A stretch of 64,000 nucleotides of DNA, from the IMG/VR virus record IMGVR_UViG_3300045988_182734, positions 1 to 64,000 of that record, one strand, 5' to 3'. Origin of the DNA: a virus. Positions within the stretch are counted from its first letter, which is position 1. The number at the start of each line of letters is the position of its first letter. This document shows positions 1 to 9,851 of this stretch, piece by piece. A program made the translations under genes and the position numbers. The notes beneath the pieces were generated by a model. It did no database searches. It was given only the letters and a program-made list of their open reading frames with translations, and was not told the DNA's origin.

Positions 1-2
1 CG

Positions 3-638
3 ATAAAACGATTGAAGCGCAAGCACGGTCAAAAGCAAAAGCGCGACTGGAAGTATAGCAAACACTACTATCGTCTGCGTGCAAAATTGCGGGACCTGAA
101 CCGCCGGTTGGCTGATATCCGTAAGATGGAGCACAATGCCCTTGCCAATGAATTACTGCAACACGGTAATGAGTTTATCGTTGAAGACATGGACTACAAG
201 GCTTTGCAGAAACGCAGCAAGAAAACGAAAATTAACGCTAAAACCGACAGGGCACATACGAAAAAGCGTTTCGGTAAATCTTTAAGTCGCTGTGCTCCCG
301 CAAAGTTTATCACGATTCTTACAAACAAAGCTGTCCGCAACGGCGGCAATGTCATCAAGGTAGATACTTTTGAGACGAAAGCCTCTCAGTTTGACCATAC
401 GGATGAAAGCTACACAAAGAAAAAATTGTCCGAACGGATGGCACATCTCAGCAGCGGAGAAGTGGTTCAGCGTGACCTGTATTCCGCTTTCCTGCTTGAA
501 CATATAGATACAGAAACCCTGAAATACGATATCGAAGCTCTTAAAGCTGCTTTTCCTGCATTTTTGAAGATGCATAAAAATACAAAAAAGCGCCTGCAGG
601 AAGCTGAAAGCTATCTTCCTGCAAGCGTTGGATTCTAA
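3..638 (+). CDS. tnpB: TnpB-like RNA-guided endonuclease, C-terminal part (5' end cut by window edge; no zinc finger)
   Basis: Frame is open to the window start (no upstream stop). RuvC-II-like FIVEDMDYKAL and RuvC-III-like VVQRDLYSAFLL motifs. No CxxC, so a ZnF-less variant. Confidence 0.5.
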   Translation: MKRLKRKHGQKQKRDWKYSKHYYRLRAKLRDLNRRLADIRKMEHNALANELLQHGNEFIVEDMDYKALQKRSKKTKINAKTDRAHTKKRFGKSLSRCAPAKFITILTNKAVRNGGNVIKVDTFETKASQFDHTDESYTKKKLSERMAHLSSGEVVQRDLYSAFLLEHIDTETLKYDIEALKAAFPAFLKMHKNTKKRLQEAESYLPASVGF

Positions 639-905
639 AAATAATAGTTTTCCGGGGGTCTCGACACGTCCCTCGTATGAGAGCTGCCCCGTAAGGGGTG
701 AAACTTCACAGGAGGATGCACTCAAAAAGCTGGGAACGCAGACAAGTGTGTTGGTCAACCTGCAAAGGCTGGATACTCATAGAAAGTTACACCTGTGGCT
801 TTTTGTGGGAAACCGCATAACTCGCTGCCTGGCATGCTGCATGGTGATGAGCCTTGCAGCTGCCGCCCAGGAATCCCACGATTTCAATCGTGGGAGGTGT
901 CAAGG
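639..905 (+). ncRNA. Candidate right-end / omega-RNA scaffold of the upstream TnpB element, ending in a perfect hairpin TCCCACGATT-tc-AATCGTGGGA (876-897)
   Basis: Non-coding stretch directly 3' of the TnpB stop. The same hairpin plus GTGTCAA recurs at 23016-23045. Confidence 0.3.
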
Positions 906-983
906 TATATCCGAGCGAGGACTGGACGGCGGATAAGCTGGTTGATGAGACTTTCACCATTACCCCTCAGTGACGGAAATGAA

Positions 984-1706
984 ATGGAAATGAAAAAGAT
1001 TCTTTCGTTGCTCCTTGCAGCAACACTCGCGTTTTCTCTTGCTGCGTGCTCTTCAGGAAACACTTCTTCAAGCAGTGCAGCTGCATCCGATTCCGCATCT
1101 TCTGAGGAGAGCACCAGCGATTCCTCTTTGGAAGTCGAGAAGAAGCTGTTGACTGTCGAAATCACGCTTCCCGCATCCATGTTCGATTCGGATTCTGAGG
1201 TGGCTGAGTCTGGGGAGAAAACGGCATCGGATGACGTTGAGATTCATGAGACTCCAGAAGAGTATTGCAATCGAATTGTGAAAGAAGACGGCTACCTGAG
1301 TGCGGTTCCTAACACGGACGGCTCGGTCACGCTCACGATGACAAAGGCCAAGCACAGTGAGATGATGGCCGAAATGAAGCAGTCTATCGACGATAACATT
1401 CAGAAATCGATAGGCGATGATGGCTTCCAGTCCATCAAGGAAGTCACCTATAATGACGATGTCACAGAATTCACGGTAAAGGTTGACCGCGAGGCGTTTG
1501 AGGGAAGCTGGGACGGCTTATCTGCCCTCACATACGCTTTTTGCGGCGCAGCATATCAGTATTACAGCGGTATGTCGGACCCGCGTGTTGTGGTCAACTA
1601 TATCGATGCCGATACCGGAGAAGCCATCAGCAGCTCCACCTATCCCGATGACTACCAGGACTTGCTAGGGGATAATGTGGGAGAAGAGGAAGCAAGCAGC
1701 GACTAA
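984..1706 (+). CDS. Lipoprotein, function unknown
   Basis: MEMKKILSLLLAATLAFSLAAC lipobox signal peptide followed by a Ser-rich linker. Start chosen at the internal ATG of the 795..1706 ORF. Confidence 0.65.
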   Translation: MEMKKILSLLLAATLAFSLAACSSGNTSSSSAAASDSASSEESTSDSSLEVEKKLLTVEITLPASMFDSDSEVAESGEKTASDDVEIHETPEEYCNRIVKEDGYLSAVPNTDGSVTLTMTKAKHSEMMAEMKQSIDDNIQKSIGDDGFQSIKEVTYNDDVTEFTVKVDREAFEGSWDGLSALTYAFCGAAYQYYSGMSDPRVVVNYIDADTGEAISSSTYPDDYQDLLGDNVGEEEASSD

Positions 1707-1760
1707 TCCAGAATAGTGTTGCCTTAAAAAACAGCACCTGTTGTTAGGAGAGATAAAACA

Positions 1761-2855
1761 ATGAGAAAACTCGTTTCGATTGCAGTATCCGCTGCACTCA
1801 TGCTGTCTTTGGCTGCCTGTGGCAAGGCAGACAGTTCTGCTGCAGCCTCAAGTGAATCCAAGTCAAGTGCTTCGTCGTCAAGTGCTTCGTCAAATAGCAC
1901 TTCCAATAGCACGCAAGATTACAGCCCTGACGGGATTAAAGTAGGAGAGACATATACTACAGAAGACGGCAAAACATATGAAAGGGTGTGGAACGGCACA
2001 GGCAGCGATTTACCTACGCCGTCCCCCGAACCCAAAATTACATACGATAATGATTTCCAGGCACAAACACTTGTTGATAATGAAGAATGCACCATTATCT
2101 TGCAGAGCGTAGGCTACGATGATGATTACGGCTATTATTGGAAGCTTTACTTCAAGAATAAGACATCAGATAAAAAACTCGGTTACTCGTTTGGCGACTG
2201 CACATTGAATGGCGTGGGTGCGAGCCTTTGGCTTACGAGTGTTGAACCTGGTCAAGAGGAAACGGAGATTCATCATTGGGAAAGTTCCGGGCTTAAAATT
2301 TATAACATCAATCCGCAGGATATCAATACGGTAAGTTTTTATCTCGATGTCTATAACGAATTAGATTATGATGTTATCCCACGGCATGACTTTGTTGATG
2401 ACGATTTCGTGGTTTATCCAAAAGGGGAAGAAAACGCAACCGAGCCAAAGCATGAAACCCAACCCACAGACCTCGTACTGGCCGACAATGACGCTTGCAC
2501 TCTGATGATTTGTGGATTTGACCCCGATGGCCTGGACGGTTACACGGCTAAAGCTTACATCGAAAACAAAACAGATAAAGAAATCATGCTTGCCTTTAGA
2601 AGTGGAGGTTCCATAAATGGCTTTGAGTGCTTCCCTGAAACAGATACAATGGGAATTGATGCGCACACTAATGCCTATGTAGACATCTACTATTACGATT
2701 ATTTAGATACTTATGAGGCCAACGGTAAAGACCCCACCTCTATCACCGAAATGGTGATGCCAATCGTTATAAACAATTTCAATACTCGGGACATCTATGT
2801 AGATGAGACTTTCACTATTAACCCTCAGACAAATTCCGTGACAACATCGAAATAA
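1761..2855 (+). CDS. Lipoprotein, paralog A (~35% identical to the next gene)
   Basis: Signal MRKLVSIAVSAALMLSLAAC. Shares YDDDYGYYWK, VYPKGEENATEPKHE, INGFEC blocks with 3000..4022. Confidence 0.8.
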   Translation: MRKLVSIAVSAALMLSLAACGKADSSAAASSESKSSASSSSASSNSTSNSTQDYSPDGIKVGETYTTEDGKTYERVWNGTGSDLPTPSPEPKITYDNDFQAQTLVDNEECTIILQSVGYDDDYGYYWKLYFKNKTSDKKLGYSFGDCTLNGVGASLWLTSVEPGQEETEIHHWESSGLKIYNINPQDINTVSFYLDVYNELDYDVIPRHDFVDDDFVVYPKGEENATEPKHETQPTDLVLADNDACTLMICGFDPDGLDGYTAKAYIENKTDKEIMLAFRSGGSINGFECFPETDTMGIDAHTNAYVDIYYYDYLDTYEANGKDPTSITEMVMPIVINNFNTRDIYVDETFTINPQTNSVTTSK

Positions 2856-2999
2856 TTTGACGCCCTCCTGCGATTAAAATTATTAACTTTCCCGGGCTTC
2901 GTTTGCAACTTTGTAAGTAAAGGTTTCGTTCTGGAAAAGTAAAATGCCGAAGCGCTTTTGATGTATAATAGCCTTATACAAAGAAAAAAGGAGAAAATC

Positions 3000-4022
3000 A
3001 TGAAAAAGGTTGTATCATTAGCACTTTCGGCTTTGCTTGTACTTTCCCTGGCCGCCTGTAGCAGCTCTAACACTACCAGTACTGCTGCCAGCAGTGCAGC
3101 TACATCTGATGCTGCATCCTCCGAGGAAAGCACCAGCGACTCTTCAACGAGTACTGCAAGTAGTGCTGCCGATAGTACAACGGCTGAACCCGACATCCAG
3201 TTCGATGAGAGCTTCCAGCCACAGACGATTGCCGACAACGATACCTGTACCATCATCTTGCAGAACGTGGGTTATGATGACAGCTATGGCTACTACTGGA
3301 CCGTTGATTTCCAAAATAAAACGGATGACAAAACTCTTTGCGCTATCACAAGCAGCTCGTCCTTGAATGGAATCCCGGCAGATACCAGTTGGTTCCCGGA
3401 AATTGGACCAGGAGTGAAAACCACCGAGGTCGTTTCGTGGGATAAAGCAGGACTGGAAATCTATGGAGTGAAACCGCAAGACATCGATACCGTCAAGCTT
3501 CACATCGATGTCTATGATGAAGCAGAATGGGATGTGTCGAATCGTGATGACCCTGTCGATGATGACTTTGTGATTTATCCGAAAGGTGAAGAGAACGCGA
3601 CAGAACCAAAACATGAGATTCAGCCCACGGATATTGTGCTGTTCGACAATGATGCCTGCACCATGGTCATTTGCGGATTTTATTCGGATAGTTTCATGGG
3701 CTACACGGCAAAAGCCTACTATCAGAACAAGACGGATGACCGTATCGATGTCATTCTGGATAAAGGCTCCATCAATGGCTTTGAGTGTACCCCGGGAGGA
3801 ACGACATTGCTGGAACCACATTCTAATGCCTGTGTCGATATTCGTTGGCAGGAATATGCCGAAACCTACGCAGAAAATGGCAATGACCTGACATCTATCA
3901 TAGAAATTGTGATGCCAGTTTTTGCGAGAAAAGACACAGGGAGCAATACGGTATACATTGACGCCACTTATTCCATTGACCCGCAGGCAAGAACTGCAAC
4001 GCCGATAGTGAACCCCCAATGA
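3000..4022 (+). CDS. Lipoprotein, paralog B
   Basis: RBS AAGGAGAAAATCATG. Signal MKKVVSLALSALLVLSLAAC. Paralog of 1761..2855. Confidence 0.8.
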   Translation: MKKVVSLALSALLVLSLAACSSSNTTSTAASSAATSDAASSEESTSDSSTSTASSAADSTTAEPDIQFDESFQPQTIADNDTCTIILQNVGYDDSYGYYWTVDFQNKTDDKTLCAITSSSSLNGIPADTSWFPEIGPGVKTTEVVSWDKAGLEIYGVKPQDIDTVKLHIDVYDEAEWDVSNRDDPVDDDFVIYPKGEENATEPKHEIQPTDIVLFDNDACTMVICGFYSDSFMGYTAKAYYQNKTDDRIDVILDKGSINGFECTPGGTTLLEPHSNACVDIRWQEYAETYAENGNDLTSIIEIVMPVFARKDTGSNTVYIDATYSIDPQARTATPIVNPQ

Positions 4023-4157
4023 TAGTCGCATAATTTTCCGAAACCAAAAACTACTGGAATAGCAGCAAAACTTTTCTGAGTTCAGAAAACTTTTGGTACT
4101 TTGGAGAAAAGTTTTCTGGAATGGGAAAACTCTCCGACTTTTTGGAATGAAAAAATA

Positions 4158-4193
4158 AAAGCGCTCACCATTTTTCGGTGGGCGCTTTTCTTT
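4158..4193. terminator. Bidirectional intrinsic terminator
   Basis: AAAAGCGCTCACCATTTTTCGGTGGGCGCTTTTC: GC stem with flanking A/T runs, between convergent genes. Confidence 0.6.
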
Positions 4194-5721
4194 ATTCTTC
4201 GGTTTTCTTTTTCAGCCACTGCCTTCTAACGAACGGCGTTACATAGGTTTCATCACTCTTCAGCTCATAGCCATAGCTTTCAGCTATCAGGATGACACGT
4301 TCGCTTGCTTTCTGTCCGGCAGGCAGGTGGCGAATGAAACCATTGATGTTCTTGGACGAAGCATCATATTTGGACTTGTCGAACACCCGCAGCGGCTCAT
4401 CGTCATCATTGCCTTTCTTGCGATAATCGCGGGGCTTCCCGCCAATCATCAGGCAGCGAATATCGAGAGGGACGTCCGCGTGGGTAACAAACGAAGCCCG
4501 GAATGACGCATCAGTGGGCAGGACATCCGGCAAATCACAGACAAGGGACGTGTACAGCCAGAGAATTAGGTTCGTGACGCTATCGACCAGCTCTGGGAAT
4601 TGAGCTTTGTCCATCAAGGTATAAAACCATTCAGTGCTTGTATTATAGTATCCGGCCAGGTCACCGAACTTTGTCTTGACTTTGTACAGACACACAATCT
4701 CGTTGTCGCGGCAAGTCTCTTTCAGTTTGATTTCCTGAATCATCTGACAGTCGTCAAACTGGAACAAAGCACCGTTGGCGGGAAGAGTTCTGCGGCGATG
4801 ATGCAGCGTATCTTTCAGAAACTCTGTCGTATATTTGGGTGAGATGGGCTTTGGCCACCAGGACCACATGTTCGGAGTGTTCTCAATCAGCGGCTTGTCC
4901 GGCAGCATATCCACGGTATACTCGTTCACATAGGTAGCCATCGAAAGGACTGTGTTCGTATACAGATGTGAGAGCAAAGCGAGGTTGTTGATGCTGTCGA
5001 AATCTGCAACATTCTCATAACCATAACGCTTGTAGTACGAAAAGACCATATCCAGACGTCTATCTTCAGAAATCTGAGAATCGCATTTGTCGTATGGTCG
5101 ATTGTTGAAAAGAGCATCACTATAATAGACAGGAACGTCGGCGAGGGGATAGGGGTCCCGGATGATGATTGGCTCGTTCTCAGTTGAGATACCGACAATG
5201 TTGTTCACAATATCGAATTCCTGAGGCTTGAGGTATTCACTCCCCTGCATCAGCATATCGATTACCGCGTACAGGACAGAATCATTACGTTCCACAATTC
5301 CGTCAATGGTCAAACCTAAATGAACACATTCCTGCGCATAAGCAATAGCCTTGAAATACAGAGCATAGTCCTTATTCTTCTTGATGGGCTTTGTGAGCTC
5401 CTGCAAAAACTGATGATAGCCTTTAATGAACTTGTCGGGGTTTGCCATGGCGAGCTCTATCTGAGAGTTAACGGCCTCAATAAGAGGTTTGCACTCCTCA
5501 GCTCCACGGGCCAGGTGAAAGAGGAAAGTAGATGCTTTCCCAAAATCCATGTCATGCAATGTCGTCGCAACCTGGCAAGCGCTGGACAAGGTTCTTCTCT
5601 GAAATACCCAGATAGACTCGCCTTTGCTCCGATACTTCTTATCCCATACCGGTGCGTATTTATCGACTAAGGCATTACCGAAATCTTCCTGCGCTGCCAA
5701 AACACCATTTTCGTTCTGCAC
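4192..5721 (-). CDS. Hypothetical 509-aa protein, translationally coupled to the upstream HD-domain gene
   Basis: GTG start 6 nt after RBS GGAGG. Long ORF with no motif I recognise. Confidence 0.7.
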   Translation of the reverse strand: MQNENGVLAAQEDFGNALVDKYAPVWDKKYRSKGESIWVFQRRTLSSACQVATTLHDMDFGKASTFLFHLARGAEECKPLIEAVNSQIELAMANPDKFIKGYHQFLQELTKPIKKNKDYALYFKAIAYAQECVHLGLTIDGIVERNDSVLYAVIDMLMQGSEYLKPQEFDIVNNIVGISTENEPIIIRDPYPLADVPVYYSDALFNNRPYDKCDSQISEDRRLDMVFSYYKRYGYENVADFDSINNLALLSHLYTNTVLSMATYVNEYTVDMLPDKPLIENTPNMWSWWPKPISPKYTTEFLKDTLHHRRRTLPANGALFQFDDCQMIQEIKLKETCRDNEIVCLYKVKTKFGDLAGYYNTSTEWFYTLMDKAQFPELVDSVTNLILWLYTSLVCDLPDVLPTDASFRASFVTHADVPLDIRCLMIGGKPRDYRKKGNDDDEPLRVFDKSKYDASSKNINGFIRHLPAGQKASERVILIAESYGYELKSDETYVTPFVRRQWLKKKTEE

Positions 5722-5731
5722 AGTATCCTCC

Positions 5732-7129
5732 TCATAGTTTCAGCTGCCCTACACAGCTCTGCGCAGTGGGCAGTAGTTTGTGGGTTATCTCGTTGCGGAA
5801 ATACTTAGGGTCCACGGCCCGCATCCCGAACCGCACACGGTCAAGGGCATCTGCGTCTTTCAGAATCGTATATAGCAGCCACACCCGTTCTTTGTTTCGA
5901 ATATTGGATGCTTTGAGGTCTGCAAGAGCTTTGCGGTCGTCTAAGCAATGATATTCGATGAGGAAAGCAGTTGCCGGATTGCAGTCGGAGGCTGTGTCAT
6001 AATAAATGTCCCTAGACTTTGCTCCGTGACTGTCATCGACATCATCATTCGTCCGCCCAATATCATGATAAAGAATCGCATCACATAGCTGGTGGGATTC
6101 TTTTTTTGTTAAGGCAATGCCCTGAACCTGAACCAAAAGCAGCGCATCAAAGAGAACTCGCAGCGTATGCTCGGCGTCGTGCTCCTCATCATTAGCCCGG
6201 CCATAAGCATCATACAGAGTGGAAATGCGGCTCCGGTAGCGCTGGTAGAGAGGGTAGAGCGCCTGGATTTCGTCTGTCAGAGCGTTGATACCGAGAAGCA
6301 CATCGGCCTTTACATCTTTTACGGCAACCGGTGGGACAAGGACCTCTTTTTCCTCATCGTCCGGAAAATACTCGATAATATCACTTTTGTTGATATGGGC
6401 AGTGATGATTCTGCTGTTCTCGAGACTCGGGATGCGGCAGGCGAAGAAACAGGCTGCCTTGTAGCTTGTGGTCCAGGAGAAAGATTTCTCGTATGGAGTT
6501 GACTTACTCCCTTCCCCGCGATAGATGGTCACAACATCCGGCAGGCTGGACAGCTTCTTTTCAGTATCTTGCTTTTGCTTTTGAGATTTTCCAGCAAAGA
6601 CCTTTTGCAGGCCATTCTCACTGAGGGAAGAAAAGCCAAAATCACTGGTGCAATACAGGTCGAGAAAGAGAACATATAAGTCCTCACCAGGATTGGACAA
6701 CTCAATGTATTTAGAAAGAACCGATACACGCAGGCTGTCTTCCAGGGAAAAGAGGTAGCTGCGGATAAAGGAAACGTTCCCCGATGAGATTATCTCAGCC
6801 ATATCCAGAACTCTCTGCTGGAATTTCTCGTCCGATTCGCCGTTCACAGCCAGACACTTGTCGCCGTAAATGTTCAGAGAGAGAACAATGGGAATGGCCG
6901 GATTATCGAGTTCGCAGTAATAGAGCGGGGCCAACATATTGCGAGCGGCATAAATCCTGCTGATGGGCAGTCTCGGATACTTCTTAGCAAATTCGTTAGC
7001 CGTTATGCCGACACTATAGCCTTTTTTGTAGTACCGTTCAATATCCGCGCTCGTCTGCACTGCAGTAAGGGGAAGCATCGTATCAAGACTTGCTTGGTTG
7101 ATGCTTACAAGAATATCCCCGACCGTCAT
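5732..7129 (-). CDS. HD-domain (metal-dependent phosphohydrolase) protein with ~300-aa unknown N-terminal region
   Basis: C-terminal H..H / HDIGR / H / D pattern (HDAEHTLR, ILYHDIGRTND, LKDADALDRV). RBS GGGAGGAG before the ATG. Confidence 0.7.
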   Translation of the reverse strand: MTVGDILVSINQASLDTMLPLTAVQTSADIERYYKKGYSVGITANEFAKKYPRLPISRIYAARNMLAPLYYCELDNPAIPIVLSLNIYGDKCLAVNGESDEKFQQRVLDMAEIISSGNVSFIRSYLFSLEDSLRVSVLSKYIELSNPGEDLYVLFLDLYCTSDFGFSSLSENGLQKVFAGKSQKQKQDTEKKLSSLPDVVTIYRGEGSKSTPYEKSFSWTTSYKAACFFACRIPSLENSRIITAHINKSDIIEYFPDDEEKEVLVPPVAVKDVKADVLLGINALTDEIQALYPLYQRYRSRISTLYDAYGRANDEEHDAEHTLRVLFDALLLVQVQGIALTKKESHQLCDAILYHDIGRTNDDVDDSHGAKSRDIYYDTASDCNPATAFLIEYHCLDDRKALADLKASNIRNKERVWLLYTILKDADALDRVRFGMRAVDPKYFRNEITHKLLPTAQSCVGQLKL

Positions 7130-7587
7130 TGTTTTTCTCCTCCCACAATTCTTTCTAACATAATTATATCATATTTTACAGATGGACGGGCCAAAATCGC
7201 AACTTTGTTCATGAATACTTAACCTTTATGCACGAGATTTATTGTTGCCCTAATATATAAAACTAGAGCCCCGTCATCTTGGATGGGGCTCTTGAGTTGT
7301 AGCTGGAGGTGTATCTCATTTTGTGCCAGGGGTATTGTATGGTAGTTTTCGAAAATGAGTGCAAAAAAACAAACACCAGAAGTCAAACTCAAAAATATCT
7401 TAGTCTTGGCAAGTTTACCCTTGCGCCGCTGTGCGAACCTCATAAAATAGAAATTGTACAAGAGAAACGGCAAGTGACGTTCATCGCGATTGTAGTTGGT
7501 CGCCACGAATCGATGCCGTGTCTGCTTGCGCATAATTACCTCTTTTCGAAGCCCACAGGTCATTCTCTCACCTGTGGGTTTTGTTTA

Positions 7588-7615
7588 TTGCGGAATCGTG
7601 CGAATTGCAGACAAT
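7588..7615 (+). promoter_or_regulatory. Conserved-family promoter (TTGCGG-16-GACAAT, spacer contains CGTGCGAATTG)
   Basis: Member of the 16-copy promoter family seen across the window. Confidence 0.5.
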
Positions 7616-7685
7616 TAAAGACAGAGCGATTGTGAGATGGGGCGATACCGATGCAGTAGGAATGAGAATCTTAGCAGCTAAAAGA

Positions 7686-7990
7686 GTCAACAACCCCGCC
7701 TAAACCGGTTCGCCGGTTATAGACGGGGCTTGCGGGGCAACCTGTAAGCCCAGTTGATTAGCCTAAGCCCATTGCTCCGGCAGTGGGGAAAACTACGTTG
7801 TGTACTAATAATATAGGCACCTTATCCATGCTCCACAAGTGGTGAGCTCTGCAGGCGTTTCGTTAAACATCTCCGAGGGGAGGAGAAGTGCGAGCGTCAT
7901 GTCGAAAGGCTAAAACAGTGCATAACATTGGCGAAGTGGACCACAGGACGCAAGTCCTGACTTATAGTTTTATTACTATTTTACGAATGG
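7686..7990 (+). ncRNA. Conserved ~310-nt structured 5' leader element, copy 1 (upstream of flotillin)
   Basis: About 85% identical to 17060-17420. Nested hairpins CCCCGCCTA[AACCGGTTCGCCGGTT]ATAG(A/G)CGGGG. GNRA hairpin CAGGACGCAAGTCCTG covaries with copy 2. Confidence 0.45.
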
Positions 7991-8003
7991 AGAAACAAAA
8001 ATT

Positions 8004-9647
8004 ATGGTATATGTGATTGGAATTGTAGCAGCCCTGATTATTCTCTTTGGATTTCTCTGCTACAAGAAAGCTCCGCCCACGGAGGCTATCGTTGTAACTG
8101 GCTTTGGCCTGTCTAAGCCTAAAGTGGTTTGCGGAAAGGGTACATTTGTTCTGCCCGTTCTTCAACGGGCTGACCGACTGAATATGCGCCTTTTGAAAAT
8201 CGATGTCAAGACTCCTGAAACAGGTGTTAAGACGAAGAACGGCGTAAGTCTCTGGATTGACTCTGTTGTCACGATTCAAGTCTACAGCGAAAACTCTACT
8301 GTTCTGGATGAAGAAGTAAAAGCATCCGGTCTGAAAGACGCCAAGGCGTACATCATGTCCCGACAACAGGCAGCCATCTCGAACTTTCTGGGCATGAACG
8401 AGCAGGGCATCAATGAGAAAGTTAATGACGTTCTGCAGGGCAATTTGCGTGAGATTGTCTCTGACATGACCGTTGACCAAATTCTGACGAACCGCAAGCA
8501 GATGGCTGTGAGCGTTATCGAGAATGCTCGCCCCGACCTTGCTAAGATGGGACTTGAGGTCGTGACTTTTAATGTCCAGGACATCAGGGATGCAGTGGAT
8601 GTTCAAGGCCACAATCACGGCGTTATCGAAGCTATCGGCATCGAACAGGAAGAGCTCGTAAAGAAACAGGCTGAAATTGCCCGTGCTCAGGCTGCCCGTG
8701 ATGTAGCCTGCGCGAAGGCCGATGCTGAGATGGCTGCAAATGCCAAGGAAGTTGAAGCGCAGACTGCGATTGCAAAACGCAACAATGAATTGCAGCTCGC
8801 CAAGGCAAAGCTGAAAGCTGAAGCTGATAAAGCTGCGGCTGACGCAGATGCTGCCGGTCAGATTCAGATGAATCTCCGCGCCAAAGAAATCAAAGAAGCG
8901 GAAGCGGATGCTGAAATCGCCAAGCAGAAGAAAATGGTAGACCTTGCCGCACAGGAAGCCGAGGTCCAGCAACGCAAACTGGATGCGGAAGTCCGCAAAC
9001 AGGCAGATGCTGACCTGTACCGCCGCCAGAAAGAGGCAGAAGCCAAGAAATATGAGGCGGAACGTGCAGCTGAGGCACAGAAGTTCTCCAAGCAGCAGGA
9101 AGCAGAAGGCATTGAGCTTGTCGGTAAGGCAGAAGCTGAAGCCATTCGCCAGAAAGGCTTGGCTGAAGCGGAAGCCATGAAACAGAAAGCAGAGGCATAT
9201 AAGCAGTATAATGATGCGGCTGTGGCTGAAATGCTCATCAAGGTTCTTCCTGACATTGCCAAGAGCGTGGCTCAGCCTTTGTCCAGCATTGATAAGGTTT
9301 CTATCATTGGCGGTGATGCCTCCGGCGTATCCGGCGTTTCCGGGAATGTTCCTATCCTCATGGCTCAAACCATGCAGACGGTGAAAGAAGCGACCGGCAT
9401 TGACATGGGCGAAATTGCCCGTGCCAACAGCATCCAGGCAAAGACCGACCGCAACATCAACATTATGACACAAGGCAAACTGCCTGAGAATAGCCAAAAG
9501 GAAGGAGGTGACAAAGCAATGGAACGTGTAGAAGGCGGCTATCTAGTTCATGAGAAGACTCTCAACGGTGAGGAAATCACTCATTTTCGGCCGGATGTGA
9601 CCGAAGAGGAGAAAGCTATCATGAAAGACAAAAAGGCCAAAGATTAA
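8004..9647 (+). CDS. Flotillin / SPFH (band 7) family protein
   Basis: N-terminal TM segment, SPFH core, then a long Ala/Glu/Lys-rich coiled-coil repeat region. RBS GGAG. Confidence 0.85.
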   Translation: MVYVIGIVAALIILFGFLCYKKAPPTEAIVVTGFGLSKPKVVCGKGTFVLPVLQRADRLNMRLLKIDVKTPETGVKTKNGVSLWIDSVVTIQVYSENSTVLDEEVKASGLKDAKAYIMSRQQAAISNFLGMNEQGINEKVNDVLQGNLREIVSDMTVDQILTNRKQMAVSVIENARPDLAKMGLEVVTFNVQDIRDAVDVQGHNHGVIEAIGIEQEELVKKQAEIARAQAARDVACAKADAEMAANAKEVEAQTAIAKRNNELQLAKAKLKAEADKAAADADAAGQIQMNLRAKEIKEAEADAEIAKQKKMVDLAAQEAEVQQRKLDAEVRKQADADLYRRQKEAEAKKYEAERAAEAQKFSKQQEAEGIELVGKAEAEAIRQKGLAEAEAMKQKAEAYKQYNDAAVAEMLIKVLPDIAKSVAQPLSSIDKVSIIGGDASGVSGVSGNVPILMAQTMQTVKEATGIDMGEIARANSIQAKTDRNINIMTQGKLPENSQKEGGDKAMERVEGGYLVHEKTLNGEEITHFRPDVTEEEKAIMKDKKAKD

Positions 9648-9851
9648 AGACAACAAATGAAAAGAGGGTGACTCGAAAGAGCCATCCTTTTTTCTGTTGT
9701 GACGCAAACGAAAAGTTCATGGTAGCCATCCAATTAGGGTGACCGTCTTTTTTGCATGTTAAGGCTTTGTTGCTGAATTGTGCGAATTGAAGATAATTAA
9801 AAACAAAAGATGCTTTGTATCAAATCGATTGAAACCGAAGAGGTGAAGTTA

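Noticed and set aside
3144-4031. 295-aa minus-strand ORF
   Set aside because: It is antisense to lipoprotein gene 3000..4022.
7219-7635. ORFs 7219..7563 (-) and 7309..7635 (+) in the 7.1-7.6 kb intergenic region
   Set aside because: They have no RBS, overlap each other and overlap the terminator hairpin and promoter. The region is treated as regulatory or non-coding.
7962-9497. 511-aa minus-strand ORF and nested ORFs 8864..9262 and 8890..9198
   Set aside because: They are antisense to the flotillin gene. Their Ala/Ser/Leu-rich translations come from the GCN/GAA/AAG-rich coiled-coil coding repeats.
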